A DNA stretch of 63,563 nucleotides, the filler included, from Choristocarpus tenellus KU-1152 (taxonomy: Eukaryota; Protista; Phaeophyceae): the NCBI GenBank assembly GCA_964200185.2. It is 10 parts of 10 records of this genome, joined end to end, with 100 filler letters (N's around TTAATTAATTAA, not from the genome) between each part and the next. Parts side by side here need not be neighbours in the genome. Positions count along the whole stretch, not along the records: positions 3,631 to 12,770 come from CAXNAD020003949.1; positions 12,871 to 29,955 come from CAXNAD020000725.1; 8 more parts are not named here. One strand, written 5' to 3'. The stretch's first letter is position 1. The number at the start of each line of letters is the position of its first letter. Under the pieces are notes generated by a model. The model was not told the DNA's origin and made no database searches. It worked only from the letters and a program-made list of their open reading frames with translations. Both the position numbers and the translations under genes were made by a program. Positions 12,471-27,200 of this stretch are shown piece by piece.

Positions 12471-12770
12471 GAACAGTCGCTCTGCGTTCCAGACAAATTG
12501 CATATAGTATAGTATACGTCACTTGAGTTGCATCACATATTGGTTCAATTTTGTCTCTTGTTCTCTTGTTTGTTTTTCTTTCACTCTTTCTTATCAGCAG
12601 AAGATGATATTTGTACACTGATGGTTGATTATTCTTTCTTTCGTGACTGCCATTGACCCCTCAAAATGCACCAAACTCTCTCTGCAAACTGTCTACCAAA
12701 CACACACATGGATGTAATATAATCAGAGTTAAAACCATCCGCGGAACCCTTGCCAGCCAAGGTAACAAGC

Positions 12771-12870
12771 NNNNNNNNNNNNNNNNNNNNNNNNNNNNNN
12801 NNNNNNNNNNNNNNTTAATTAATTAANNNNNNNNNNNNNNNNNNNNNNNNNNNNNNNNNNNNNNNNNNNN
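12771..12870. other. Artificial contig linker
   Basis: N44-TTAATTAATTAA-N44. Confidence 0.99.
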
Positions 12871-12979
12871 CTGGTGATTCTCTTCGCCACCCTTGCCTGA
12901 GTGAACCACGCCGCCACAGAATCACACGATTCACATATGTGTATATAAAATTTCCTAAACATAAGAATACTAGAAGACA

Positions 12980-13110
12980 ATGCGTGGAAACCACTAATCA
13001 GTTACTTCCCATCTACCTATTCCTGTGCCCCTGGGGTGGGGGCTAAGGAAGCATCCCAAGAATCCAACAGACCCCTCCTTGCCCATCTCCCTGGTGACTC
13101 TAGCTTAACA
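12980..13110 (+). repeat. Dispersed repeat family copy (also 43670-43720 +, 50685-50960 -, 60205-60430 +)
   Basis: Shared core ctacctat(t/a)cctgtgccc..ggg..atcccaagaatcca. The 50685 and 60205 copies link it to the tgccctctgacatttt..tgtcaggggg segment. Confidence 0.75.
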
Positions 13111-14689
13111 GTTGCAACAATTTGTTTCTTCAAAAATATCATTTCGAATTTCTAAATATCTCCCACACTCATGTACACCACTACCACCACCACCACTGTT
13201 TTAGTGTTGTTGATATATTACCGCAAACTACCGATTACAAGATTTAAAATAATCTCACCCCCTCAATCCATACACATTATTCCTTACATAACAATAAAGG
13301 ATTAACCCACCAGTTGTTAGTTGTTAAGGTCTCGCTCAAGTAAGTATACAAACTAGTGAATGGAAGCGATCTTGTGGATCCGGAGGAGTTTATTATGTCC
13401 TTCTCTGTCTTTTGAGTCTTTCTTGTTTTGACTCTACTACAAATGCAGATTCTTCCTTTTGCTTTTCTTTTTTGAGCTTCCCATTTCTGCTTTGCATACA
13501 TCACTTCTTTTACGACAAGAGACACCAACCTTCGATGTTGATTTGTTAATCTTAGGTCTACTTACGAAGTTGTGTCAACCCCTATTTCAGTCGCTTTTCC
13601 CAACCAATATTAATCTTGGAAAGTGGGAAGCAAACACCATCATAACCCCCAGTAACTTGAGGACACACTTAGGTCTCTTTTAAAGCTACACGATTGAGGT
13701 GTGGGCATGGTGATGCTCCAAGGTTGGGACGGGCAATTTTGGCATCGACTGAGCTCATTGATCCCAGCCTTGGATGGTAACTGCTTTCTTTACACAGCAT
13801 GAACATCATCGCAACTTTCAGAAACGTTGGCGGCAGATTACGTGGAGCTCAAGGACATGTCAGCACTCAAAGATTGCTGCCAGGAGTTGCAGCACCATAC
13901 TTGTTGGCTCATATCCAAGCAGTGCTGCCATTTTGACAATTGACATCTCTAGAGTCACCTGGCAACTGATGCAAGTTTGGCACATCAGATAAAAGAAATC
14001 CGGAACCAACACAGATCACTGGCCACCACTTCAGACAGTTACTGTCTGTCTCGTCGTTGAATGTCCTTAGAAGGTCCTTAACATAAATAGGCCTATGTGT
14101 CTATATGGCCAGAGGATTAAAAGGAAGCTATTGAGTAAGAACCATGACAATAGTATCCGCTCTGATTGTTCTCATTTATGATTATCATGTTACTTCGGAG
14201 AGATATTTGACAGATTTTAGATAGGAGTCGTAAATAATAAAAATAGTATACAGCCTTACTCCTTGCTAGGTGTGGTTTTGAACATGGTTTTTGAACTCCT
14301 GTTTGATTGGTAGTATTTGGAGGATAGTGTAATGTACAGAACCTCTATAGTACCCTATCCCTGAACCTTTACTGTCTAGATTGCTTTAGAAAATACTTAG
14401 ATTATATTTATTGATAGACAGGGTTAGACATGGAGATAAAAAGGTATCACATGCAACCAGAGGTTGAGAATCCCTGTAAAAGAGGCGGAGTAGTTGCCAT
14501 TGTTATGCCAATTGCAAGAGCGGTTACTGTGGGAAGAGAGATTTGCACCACTCACAGCTTCAACCAAAAGTCCTGCAGACTCAGGATTTGATTTGCTACA
14601 CAAGACAGGAAGGCAATACAGAGTGTAGAGGTCTACATGCTCTCAAGTCTACAAGAGAGGTTAAGGTTTTTCATATATCCCAGCATTTC

Positions 14690-14936
14690 CGAGACTGCTT
14701 ACTCAAGACTGTCGTCCCACCTGCTTGCACAAGGCCAGGTTGAGACTTTCTCAGGGCCATCCTACGCGACCCAGTTCTCACTGACTGGTACCAGCACCTC
14801 AGTTGACCTGGTGTTGCTCTCCATACTGCATTCAACCAATTTTGCAAAGAACCGAATTCTCCACTGATGGCGGATTTGAACCTGGGACTTCGTTTGGTAG
14901 GACCCAGGAGTGCATCCACTGACTGAGCTATGTAAC
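14690..14936 (-). mobile_element. tRNA-derived SINE-like element (tRNA-like head 14936-14861)
   Basis: Minus strand: A-box tagctcagtcagtgg and B-box ggttcaaatcc at tRNA spacing; no convincing acceptor stem; the 3' limit is approximate. Confidence 0.6.
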
Positions 14937-17900
14937 ACAGAGCTTTGTTGAGGAAATCAGTCAGTTGATACTATCCTGAGTCTGAAGCTCTTCCTGAAAG
15001 TAATACTAGAGGAATGAATGTCTGACCAACGCTTACCAGCCCAACAAAGCAGGGACACGAAGCCTTAAGCAGAGGGGGTATACAAAGAAGACTTGAAGGC
15101 AAACTCATTTGCTGCTTCTACTTTGAAAAGGTAGAAAAAATAAATTTGTAGTTCTTTTGTCTACTTCAACTTTGAAATAGTCGAGCCATTTAGAATAGCA
15201 TTGTGATCTATATATTTGATATAATTGTTAACAAGATAGTCTGAAACATTTAAACTGTTACATTGATATATTAGTAGTAGTAGCAGGGTTGCTCACTTGG
15301 TGGACCAGGCCTATAGTGGACAAATTGTGTTTTTCATTTTTGTCAACTTGGCCCTTAGGTTCCTCTGATTTTGGCAAGGATGGGGGTATTGGTGTTAGCT
15401 ATGCTTTGCTACACTAAAAGACTCTGCCAAATCCGATGCATCTCAGAGTTGTACAGGTCTGATTCTGTTTGCTGGAAAGTTGCGTCCCTTTTTTGGCACA
15501 TGCGATATGATTCTTGTTTTGCTCAACATAGGGCAATGATTATGTGACCTTGTACTAAAGTAAGAGTGTTATTGATAGCATCAGAACAGAATAAGGGTTG
15601 TTCGCAAAGGCTTGCTTCATTGATGTCAGAGATAATGTGTGGGAAGAAAAAAAGGAGAAACAGGAGGTAGGAAAATACATTTTACAGGCTGGTTTGGTTG
15701 TTAAAGAAACCAAAGATCCCCTAGAAAATAAAATAATGTTGACAATTGATTTTTCGGAAGTTGATACTTTTTCTGTACAGGTTGAGACTTACTGTTTCTC
15801 ACAGTCCATAAACAGGTAGACCTTTTCCTCATTGTAGAAGTGATAGCGAATGAGAAGTAGTTTTTAGCCTTGAAATATTTTTTTACTCAGTATAGAACAC
15901 ACCATTTTTGAAGCCTTGTGTATTGCCAATTGTCATGAGATAACAAAAAGGACCGTCCAAGCTTTAAAAAATCCCCAAGTGATGAAAAATACTTTAGTCT
16001 TGATAGAATGTCATTGGACCCTAGTAGGATATGCCAATATTAATTTTAATTCGTTTCATCACTATCTCAGAACTTTGTAACCCTACCTCCGGAAGTAGAC
16101 ACCATTTTGGCAACCATAAATGAATTAGTGCTCTTGCATAGCTGATGGAGGATCATGCAAATAAATAGATAGCTTGAAAACACTTTCTACCAGTAAATAG
16201 TACATTTTTGGATCCAGATGAGATCTAGAGTTGTATGACTGTCAAGAAACTACAACATGGAGCACCCAGATAACTTATGCTTTAATTTCTTCTCCCCAGT
16301 GCTTGGTAAATCTTGCTGGATAGAATTCTAGCTTTATTGATCAGATAAACTTAAAAGAGAAAATACACATGTCTATCATTTGTACAGCACAACTCTGCAT
16401 GCTTACCATTCGGTATTATTATTTCTGCTACTACTACCACTACTATTATTATTTATACCTCTTCCACTCTTGCTATAAAGCCATACATTGCCTTGCTTCT
16501 GGACTTTTGCGTCACGAGAGTAACTGTGATATATATATATATATATATTTGTGCATATTTGTATATATATTTTTGTTTATTCCTGGGTCTGCAGTTGTGG
16601 ATCTTAGTGTCATTGACTCAGGAATACTCACATTTTTGAAAATTTGCTTGTTTTATTGAAGAGTGCTTTACATGTTCATTGACTTTGTGTTGCCTTGTCC
16701 GCATAGAAATTGAAAGAAACACCCTAATAACAAAACATGTGAACACACGGTAGAAATTTTATTGTGCACTTCAAAAATCTCAGAGTAGGTCATTCCATCC
16801 CATTGAAAGCATGGATCACCAGTCAGTTGTGAGATTTTGAGAGGACAACATGTACGCAGTAGACCCCTAATATGAAGCCAATCAACGAACATAATATTTC
16901 GTAACAGGCTTCCCATCAGGGCAGGTATCCTTCATCCTGTTCATTGCCACAGCTGTGGGAGGAATTAAGTATACTCCACTTTTGTGATACCAAAGGGCTG
17001 AAGGTTTTAGTCAATATTTATAGCAACAGTAGGTCTTGGTTGAGTGTTATTTTGGTTCCTAACCATATGCTACCATAGCATTATGCATAAGGAAGAATAT
17101 CCTTCCAAGGTGGAAAATGTTGTGCTTTGTCTTTATGGGCAAATAGCCTTTCCGACTATGACTCTGACCACACCTGGAACTGGAGGAGAACCTGAGAACG
17201 ATTTCCGAAAGGCGATTAATAAGCAAAAAGCAGCAAACACCTGTCTTGACTGACAACGTTTACAATCAATCCACGTTGCCCCTCTTGTTCATTGAGAACT
17301 AACTCCCTTGTCTGGGTATCACATGCTTGGAACCTGAACCTGCCCACCTTGCAATTAAGTTAATAATATAATATTTTGAATACACAGTGGAGTACTCTTG
17401 AACACATCACACACTCTTCATCTTGAAGGGTCTCAATAACCCCAAGGGATTTCCGTTGAGACTACCCCAAAGCACAAAAAAAGTGAATGAACAAGAATTG
17501 TCGTGCTGGTTCAGAGTTGAAGTAAATTTGCACCATTGTTGAAATAGTATCCTACAACATGGCAATTTGATACCTACCTAATGTGGTGTAACAGATCTTA
17601 AGGAGTGACTCTATTTGTAGGCGACTAAGCTTCATTCTTCCCCACAATTGGGGGGGTGTTACAATCATGTGGATATCGTCTTGACCGGCCTAATATCTTT
17701 TCCCCAAATCCTGCTAACCGCCTGAACCAATTCTGTCCATTTCATATCCAAACTCTCCCTACACTAAACTAACCAAACCTGGGCCTCAATTAGTTACTTC
17801 GAATTAAGATATACATCATGGTATATTGATGTTATTGTAGAGGTATAGGAGTTTTGACCACTTAGGGGAGTCAAGGAAAGAAAGTGTCAGGTCAATCACT

Positions 17901-18259
17901 TTGACCTTCCTCAGCTTCAAAGTCTCTCCTTTCCTGGATTGCACTATCAATGCAACGGTGGCTATGGAGTGGCACCTTCACCATTGGAAGGTTGCTTCCA
18001 TTCTTCCTTTTCGCCAAGACTCTGTAACTTGCCTCCCCCTTGCAGTAGTATAGTGAGGACACCAGCATGATCTGCAAGGTCTGACAACCACTGACAAGCC
18101 TTGGCATTGTCTCCAACGTTTTTGTAGCACCTGGTCATAGAGTAATTTATACCTTGTCACAGTGTTGATTCTTCAATATCAGTTTGTGTGGTAATGAAAG
18201 GCATAGCCATGAATCTAACCATATCATCATTTGAGAGTATTTTCCAGACTGACAATGTA

Positions 18260-21200
18260 TCAATGTGACTGTAACACAAACCTGCTCACAGTATCTCCAA
18301 ATATTTTAGGGTCCAGCACTGCTGCTCTCCTTAGCAAGCAGTCCAATTCGTTTATACACTGAGGTAATGGATCCACCCTGACTCCATGCAATAGGCACTC
18401 ACGAACTAAGTTGCTGTAGGAAAAGCTGGTTCAAACGGCAATTTTTTCCTTTCATTTTCAGGCACATGACAGATATTTATTTGCAGCACCCCATCTCACT
18501 CAAGTGTTTTAATTCAAAAATATTACACTTTACTTTTTCATCAAGAACAAAATCTGTACAATATAGACACCATTTCTTGGGCTGGAAATTTATTCTTTCA
18601 TTTCAACATATTGCCATCCGAAACACAAGGTTACAGGATGGCATGTTTCTGGTAGACTTGTGATGTACACTGTCGCAGTACAATACTATACACACTCAAC
18701 GTGATACGTACTTTCTAAATCTAGTTGAATCTAGTTGTACCCCAAGCATATGTAGGAATGCCTTGAGTGTATGAGTGCAAGTGTGCGATTGACTGTAACA
18801 ATTTAGGACTTGATGGCAATAGGGTGCATCCAATCAAACTGAATAATGTTGAATTTGTCATTTAAACTGTTGCTCTGGCTATATAAATTTTAGAGGAGTA
18901 TAGAAGTAATATAGTGTGCACCTGCTTAAATTCCTTCCAGTAGAATTTTTTTCATCCCAGTTCCCTTCTCCCTCCCTACTTGTATTTTGCTGCAGTACCG
19001 AGAGCAACTCTCCCAGTATATCCAGTGCAAGAAAAACCACATCTGTCTTGCTGTCTGCAAGCCTTGTCATTATGGCATGGTATGCCTGCTCACAATGCTT
19101 CTGAGTAAGCTCCTCGTGCCAGTCATCCTCGACCCTGCTTACCCCCCTTGACTTATTGGCTGTTACAGGCATGCCTTTGATGCTGCAAATGCTGGATGAC
19201 TTTCCTTCTTCCTCAGGTGTCCTGTGTATAACTATAAGATGCTTGATCACTAGCAAGGCCTTCTTACGTGCCTCTTCTGGTGTGCTTTCATCATGCAGAA
19301 ACTCCACGACTGCTGCCATCACCTTGCTTTCAAGATCAGTGGCAAGCTCATATTGAGCTTTAGTATAAAGCATGCCTCCAGATGATACATCCTTAGACCA
19401 TGTGCTGGTTGCAATGTTGTGGATCATATCAAGCTTAAGTTCCTCTAGCCTTGAGGTGAGACTCCAGCAAGTTGCCAAACTCAGTTTTAGCAGCCTAGCA
19501 ATCAAACTTGGCATGTTTCTGAAATCAACAATTCTCTGACTCCCAGGATTGCATTCATTACCATGGTAAGGAGAGAGAATGGCTGAGACAAGTCTTCCCA
19601 CTACAACCTCCAATATCACCTCTCGATCTGCGTCCTGTTAAAGCACATTGTGTCAAGGTAATCACTGCCAGCACTAAGAATGCTCAGAGTGGAGTTGCAT
19701 TGAAGAGTGCAGTAGCATTGAGACTATTCCATTTCTGCTGAAACCTGTATATTCTACGATATACCAGACACTGAGTTTTCCTTGCAGCTTTCAAAATACG
19801 GGCACCTCCTTGGAATCTCTGTCACAAACATTGCAACATAGGTTAGCCTCAGAAACCACCTGTTAATAGTTGCTATTGACAAACTGTTCACAATAGTGAC
19901 AAGTTCAGAGAACAACCTGGGGACAACTTTGGAATCCAATGATCAGTCCAACAATAATCTTTCAATTTTGCCAAACTTGGGAAAAGTCCTTTACCATTTC
20001 CTCCCCATCAAGTCTCCACATTACGCCTGCGTATTGATATGAATTATCAAAGTGATGTATGCTGATGAGTTTGAACTTTGGCTTGTAGACAAACCATATG
20101 TCAGTGTCTAAAATGAAAATCAAAACAAGGAGATATGATGGGTGCAGCATTATGCTTAATTAGATGATGGGGCAGAACATGATGATGGGATTCTGCATGT
20201 ATTTTTTTTGCTGACTCTCACCAGAAAGGAGTCTGCCTTGTGTACGATTTGTTCACATAGTGAAGTTACCATTGGCAGTACTCCTGGGTTTAACCTGGTC
20301 ATGTCCTTGTAGGTAAGCAGGACACCATCCAGCACAAGTTGGGGTGTGCATGTCCGGGTCCACTCCGACCCAACAGGGTAGCTCTCCTCAACAATTGTGG
20401 CAGGGATTCAGTTATTTGTTGTTGTGGACTGAGTAGAGGAAGAATGCAAGGACCAGTCCTTCACAATTAACAGGAAATTACCCATTGAGGATGGTGCTGG
20501 CAAGTTTATTACCTCAATGATTTCTTTGATCAGCTTCTCAGCATGATGTGCCACAAGATTTTCCTTTGTGGAAAAGCCTGTTGCAACACTCAGGTTATCT
20601 AGACATTGGTCAACCTTGATGTGGAGGTCATTTGAGCTTCGGCAGATGAGCAGGTACCTCACAGCTCTTCTGACAAGATTATTAAGAGATAATAGGCGGC
20701 CTGTGCTCAGATACTGCGTCTCCAAGATTGCTTGCTGTCCCTGACTGAGCATACAGCGTGATGCAGTCAGAAGCACATTGAGACTAGCCGCCCTCACCAA
20801 AGAGGTCTCGGTTGCCAGATCTTGGTTGCCTATGAACGTGTTTTAATATCAAAACATTGAGGTGTGAACCAAGGGATGGAAAACTTACAATCTACAGTGA
20901 TATATGTCTGCTTCAGTTGGTTCAACTTGGTTGGTCAAATTGAAGTCCAAGATGCCATCTGCAAGTGATTTTGAATTGATTTGGAATTTACAGGGTTAAG
21001 CTCAAGTGTCAATATTGACTGAAGTAGAGGGATCAAAAGCAACCAAACCTGAAAAGAATGAAGGTACCTGTGATTGTTTCAATCAATTCTGGCAAATGCG
21101 GTAGCAGCACTTTGGAAGTGGTGCCATCCATAAGGGCACACAGGATGGCTATGACAGTTGACCTGTCACAAAATGAAAATGAAGTGCCAAGGAGTTTATT

Positions 21201-24200
21201 CATAACTTTGCCTTTTGGGTATTTTGGAACCAAATACAGTATGATCTGGTTGTTAAATTTTAAGGGCTAAAGAGATAGAACACATGGTGCTTAAATTGTT
21301 TAGTGCATCAATGATGACATTCTACAGTGAATGTAATGACAATGAGTGATGCAGTACAATCTTATGCCTCAAACCTGCTAGCACTGTCATTGCCCGTGGG
21401 AGTGACCTCCAGCTCCCCAACAATGCGAGGAACAGTATGTGGAAGGTAAGAGCCTGGTGCCACAAATCGCCCTAATAGCTCACAGCACTCAAGGAGCACC
21501 TTCTCTAGTTCCACATCCTGGTGAGTATCCACCAAGAGAGTATGTGTAAGATGTGTCAACAATAACTCTTCGCCTGACCTCATGTCCGCTTCTCTTCCAT
21601 TTCAATCTTGAGGGTTCATGCCTACACAGGGACTGAAATGAGTTGCAAGACCATCCAGCATATCCAGTACAGACACCTTGAGGGTGTAATTGCCACCAGT
21701 CATTCAATAGGCTAGCTATCCCTTTTGAATTGGACTAATGCAGTTTTATTTTGGACTGACAGACACATCGAATCAGATACACTGATACACTGATAGTTAT
21801 GGCAGTGGGTTTGCTAAATGTTTGTGAGTCAAAATCAGACTACTTTTGTTAGTCTTATAGAACACCTTGAACTTGATGTATCAGCAGATCATAGCTAACT
21901 ACTTCTAAACTATACAAAAATAGAATGATCAAAGCACACCTCAAGTTGTGCAGGTAGCCCATGGACAAAAAGCTACCCAACAATCACTGACATTCCCAGG
22001 AAAGTGGAAGACAGGAACAAAAGCAGATCAGAAGGGAAAGCAAGAATAAGCAAATCTCATGTGGTACCTGGCCAACTAACAGTAGGGAGAAGCACGGAAC
22101 ACAACCAGACCTCATGCGAAATGTTGGAGTACATAAGGAACAAAAAAGGGAGAGATGGGTGTTTGCATGAGTCTTACACACTACAGCGTCGTGGAAATTG
22201 ACGGGACTCCAACCCAGTTGCAGGTTGGTGGAGGAAGTTTAGTCCAGAGAGAAACTCTGGTGATCATCGTTGAAATCAATGGAGCGTGCCATTGTTTGAA
22301 TTAAAAAGAAGTGCGGACACCTTCTTTGTAACATCACGACATAATACTTTGTTTGCATGGGGCACTGAAGTAGTTGTTTTTGCCCCAAGTTGTCAGCACT
22401 TCCCGGATGATGTGCTATTTCCTAATCAACTCTAGCGGATCACTGTGGCAATTCACCAAGGTTGAGAAGCCTCCCCTTCCTGGGTTAACATGTTATGGAA
22501 TGCAATAATCACCTTTTCAGTGAGAGCCAAGTTCAGAGCTCTTTGCAGCTGGGGAATCATTTTATGCATTTCCACAGTCAGGTGCTCTTCGCAGTACACA
22601 ATGAGAGTACGAAAGAGCATTGCAGATTGAAGCCTTGTTCGACTTATCCAGTTGGAAAGCTCTGTCAGAAGTGGCTAGAGGTTGAGCAAAAATAAGGGAA
22701 CTTTAGTTGTTGGGACAATATAATGGAGTAAGAGGAATTATTGGGTATTTGTCTTGGTCATATCTTAATACGTAGTATACAGAGTGCAAATAGTGTAGAC
22801 ACATTGTATGTAACCTAACCTCTCCTCTCACCTGAATGAACCGCCTGGTGTTACCTCGAACATACAAACGAGCACCAATTCGTGGACGACACTTGAATGG
22901 TTCTGGCATGGATTTGGCATGGTTTGCGTGGAGGTATCCATCCACTCCAAACTGACGCCTTTCCACAACCCCATCTTGATGCTCTCTCTCATACTCAAGT
23001 CCACACAATGCTATTGCCTCCATGGCACATGTTGATACCGTCTGAAGATATAACGGTTACATGACCAAAATGTTAGGACACAGGATAAGCTTTTTCTGGA
23101 GAATAGAAATAATTTCTTGAGGATGCTGCATGTGAGGAAAGAAGTATCCTGGTGTTACTCACCTTGGCTTCATCTGTAAGAGCGTTAAGCAGGTATGGTA
23201 GAATTCGTGTCTGGTGGTCGTACCTGTATTTGTTATGTTCAGAAAAGCAATGTCAAGGGAGGTCAGGCATACCTCCCTCCGCACCTTTTGAAGGATAAGG
23301 CAATAAGGCCATTTTGCACTGTCATCAGGTATTGCATTTTGTAGTTCACCAATTATTACTATCATCAATACTAGTACTAGTAAATCTCAAGGCAGAGGCA
23401 TTTAACCTGTCTGGTAGAGTGGTTATCCAGTCTGCAAGCATTGTTGTAGTTTTCTCCCGTACAGCCAGACATCGGTCAGTTGTGAGCTGGAGGTTCACAA
23501 ACACAACGGGAGAGGAGAGGAGAATAACGGAATACTGCGTCATGTCCATAGCACCAATGCAATTTTGTGATATGACTGATGTGGCTTCTTGTCTTTTCAT
23601 ATAGCACCCTTTCATTGACAGCCTACTAGCTAACTAGGGAACATGTGCACTACAGAGTCAGAGAAGTTATTCTTACCTCTGCAAGATGATTCACTACTGT
23701 GTCTCCCCTTCCGTAGAAGGCTGCCACTGGAAGTACATTGTCCTCTCGAAAGCCCACAAGGTCAACAATGGCAGCAGTGCCAGCACCTTTGACTTTGGCC
23801 CTGTCAGGAACTTTGACAGTTTTCCAAACTGCCTCCACTGCAGCCAGGCGTACCTTGGCATGCCTGTAATTTATCAGAACAAAGTGAATTTTTTGTATGT
23901 ACTCTGGAATAGTACTTTGCGGGTTTGGAGAACACGACTCATGCACTGAAGTTTGTCAACTACTGGAGTAAAACAAACATATACACTGAGTTCATTGCAA
24001 GGTAGATTATTCTTGCTCACTGACACTATATACAGTTCTGCACTCGGTATCATTTGTTGTTGGTGTAGGTATGTGGGAATTACTATACTAGCTAGTATTG
24101 ACTAAATATCGTCCTCAAGTGCTGAGGGAGGGGTCCCACCAGAGGTTGATCATTGTTGGGGTGGCATCTTTTCAGTGCCTTCCTTTATAATGCACTGATT

Positions 24201-27200
24201 AAGGCCTCATGACTCAGAAGTCAAGAAGACTGTTTTCTTTGTACAATTTGTGAGTTTAAACCCCATTGACCCCAGTCTTATTTTCATGGAATTCTGGGTT
24301 TGATTATCTAATTCCTCGTGACAAGTGCAATGGATTGTCCATCAGAGTACTATGCTGTTTGTTCCTATACTACACCACAAAAACAGCCGACCAAGATTGA
24401 GGTGTGCTCAGCACAAGATTCAATGGGGGAGGCAGAGCTATGAGTGGTGGGGATGCTGAATCCAATGTGAAAGAAGGAGTGTGTGAACGAAGGCAGTACA
24501 GTTAGTTTATGTGTGACAGTCAGTACTATAGTAGTTAGTAGATGAAACATAGGACCAAATATGGCTAAAAATCAGGACTGATGATTTTGAGGTCAATTTG
24601 GACATTTCTGCCAACCAGATATTGGTGGGATCAGTGGATCAGTGTGACCTTACAAGGAAATCCACCAGTATTCATGTATGCTGCTGATGGTAAGTGTTCA
24701 ACAGTTCATGCAGTCAGTCATTGATTTCTTTCCCACTTGTGCCGTTCTGCAAACGCTGATTGATAATTCCATGTTTGGTAGCCTCACAAGAAGCAGTGCA
24801 GTGTGTCATGCCTCTGACAACGGACTGGTATACTCCCTGACTAACGCAATGATGAAAAACAAAAAGTATTGAATTCATACTAGAAAAAAGTAGTAAAAAA
24901 GTAGTGAAAAAGTATTACATTCATACTAGTGAGGTGCTTTGGCTATGTGGTCATTGTGGTCACAGCAACACTGTTGTGGGTGACAAGTCACCGCTTCTTT
25001 TAGGTGAGACCCTTCTACAGTTGTTGTGAAGGACTTGAACTGCTAAAAATATATATACAGTGATAAAATAGAAGATAATCAAATGGTAGGTAAGATAATA
25101 TGAGACCATTTCCACAAAACAAAATTATACCAGTACCTGGTGAAAGACAGTCTTTTGTAACAGTCTTTTGTAACAGTCTTTTGTAACAGTCTTTTGTAAC
25201 ATTATTTTGTAACAGTCTTTTGTAATAGTGTTGCAAAGAAAAAAAATCCATATTCGTTGTTGGTTGAGCTCCTCTATCCTGTACCACTGCCTACTTAACG
25301 GCTTTTAAAGAGGAATTGACCTCACTCACATGGTCCAGACTATAACAGTAATAATAAAAAATGTAATAATAATAATAATAACAATAATAATCACAAAACT
25401 AAGTTACCTCTCTCCTGTGATGCAACTGGAGGGTATTCATCAAAACTTGTAATTGACTCCAAAAAATGTATTCAATTTTTCTTACAAATCACACCTGTGC
25501 CTGATTTGGGGTAGAATCGCCCGTGTAATAGCAACTGCGTAGAACTTCATACCCTGGTACGGTGAAATAACAAACCAAGTGTACCGGGAAAGAATGCTCA
25601 GAGCTGCAGGTCCTAGCAGGTGTTGTTGAGGAATGTAATTAGAGGGTAAGGGTTTGATCAAGTACATAATAAATCTGAACCACAAGTCCCCTCAACTAAG
25701 GCCTATCTTTAAGCCTTGGCATGCAAGACCACTCTATTATATTAAAGATCAAGCCCATATTTGCAACTATAGGGAGAATAGAGCAAGTTGACCTGTGATG
25801 AGAACCTAGTGGCCTGGTCCACCAAGAAATGAACTATAGATCATCTCACTCATTAACTCCAACTGTTAATCTCACCTGCTCTAGCTGTGCTTGCACTGCC
25901 AGGTTGGAAATGAGGAGCATTGCCTCCTCCTTGAGTGCAGGATAAGGGTCTCGGGTTTGACATTGTAGGTACAGTATTGTGTCATCAAAGTAGGGGCGAA
26001 TGACACCAACAGAGCCTCTGGCTATAAGTGCTTCGTATAAACGACTCATCAGTTGGCAAAGCAAGAGTCGCAACTCTTCGCTGTCCTCCATAGCACTAGC
26101 ACTCCCCCTGGGACACCTGTCTTGGCGCTCAATGGCTAGACCCCTGAAAGAGTATGCAGTATCATGAGCATCACTTTCCTGTTAAACACAAAGTCCCTTA
26201 TAGGAGACATATAGAACTTACTATTTTTTTCTAGATGAATGACCAAAACGTATGCCTTTCCGAGGCTTGAACAATCATCCATATGTTGAGTTGGAATGCA
26301 GTAAAGTATTCAACTATACTCACCGCTTATAGGCCTCATGTTCATTCACATTTGTGACAAATAGCTCCAACTCTGGGTCAAACAAAGACCCAGCTGGTAC
26401 ACCCCGTGACATCAGGACTGGAAAGAGGTAGGCTAAATGAGGAGTCAGATCTCGAACATGTTGTATAAACAAAATTGCCATCTTTATGGCGGCCTCCCTG
26501 AATAAAAAAGGATTCAACGTGCAAAATTGCTAGTATTAGCAACTCACCAAATGTCGGGAATGCAAGACAGTTACGTGGTGGAAATATATGCATATACACA
26601 AATAGTACATTGGAGAGGGATGTGCCACTCAGTGATATTGAAATTTCCTGTGAATCGTCACTGTGTTGTGCCTTACCTGCATCCTTCGACAGGGTCAGCA
26701 AGTCTTCGAAACAACAGTTTTGCCAGCTCATCAAACAAATGCGCCATAACTTCTTCCAGAAATGAGCTAGAAGTTGAGTTGCTTGAAGAATCGTTTGTCT
26801 TAGAGGGCAACGTAGGGTATGAATCGAGGCAATGGTTATCCTTGTCGTACAGTCCGACCACAGTGTTGAGACTCCGGTGGAGTGTCTTCAGGGCTACTCT
26901 CCTTTGGTGTTTGTCTTCCCCACTGGCTCTGTTCTGGTCCCGTTGCCACTGCCCAAGGAATGTCTTTGCAACTTGGTCAGGAGTTTTGAAGGAATCTATA
27001 TTGGCAGGGAAGATAACTCTCGATCAAGGTACAGATCAGTAGGTGGAGAGGAGCAAGTATTTGGTGAGATTTTTCCTACCTCACATGTAGGTGGTGGCAC
27101 CTTCGGCTTACCTTGAAGAGTGTCCGAATTCACTATGACACCAAGGGCACTCTGCTCCTGCTTATCCTTATCAATAGGGAGAGGTAAATCCTTCGGATGA

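Noticed and set aside
13755-13800. IPALDGNCFLYTA resembling an OTU protease DGNC motif
   Set aside because: Too short, followed immediately by a stop, no other OTU elements
14861-14936. Functional tRNA gene
   Set aside because: A and B boxes are present but acceptor and anticodon stems do not pair convincingly; treated as a SINE head
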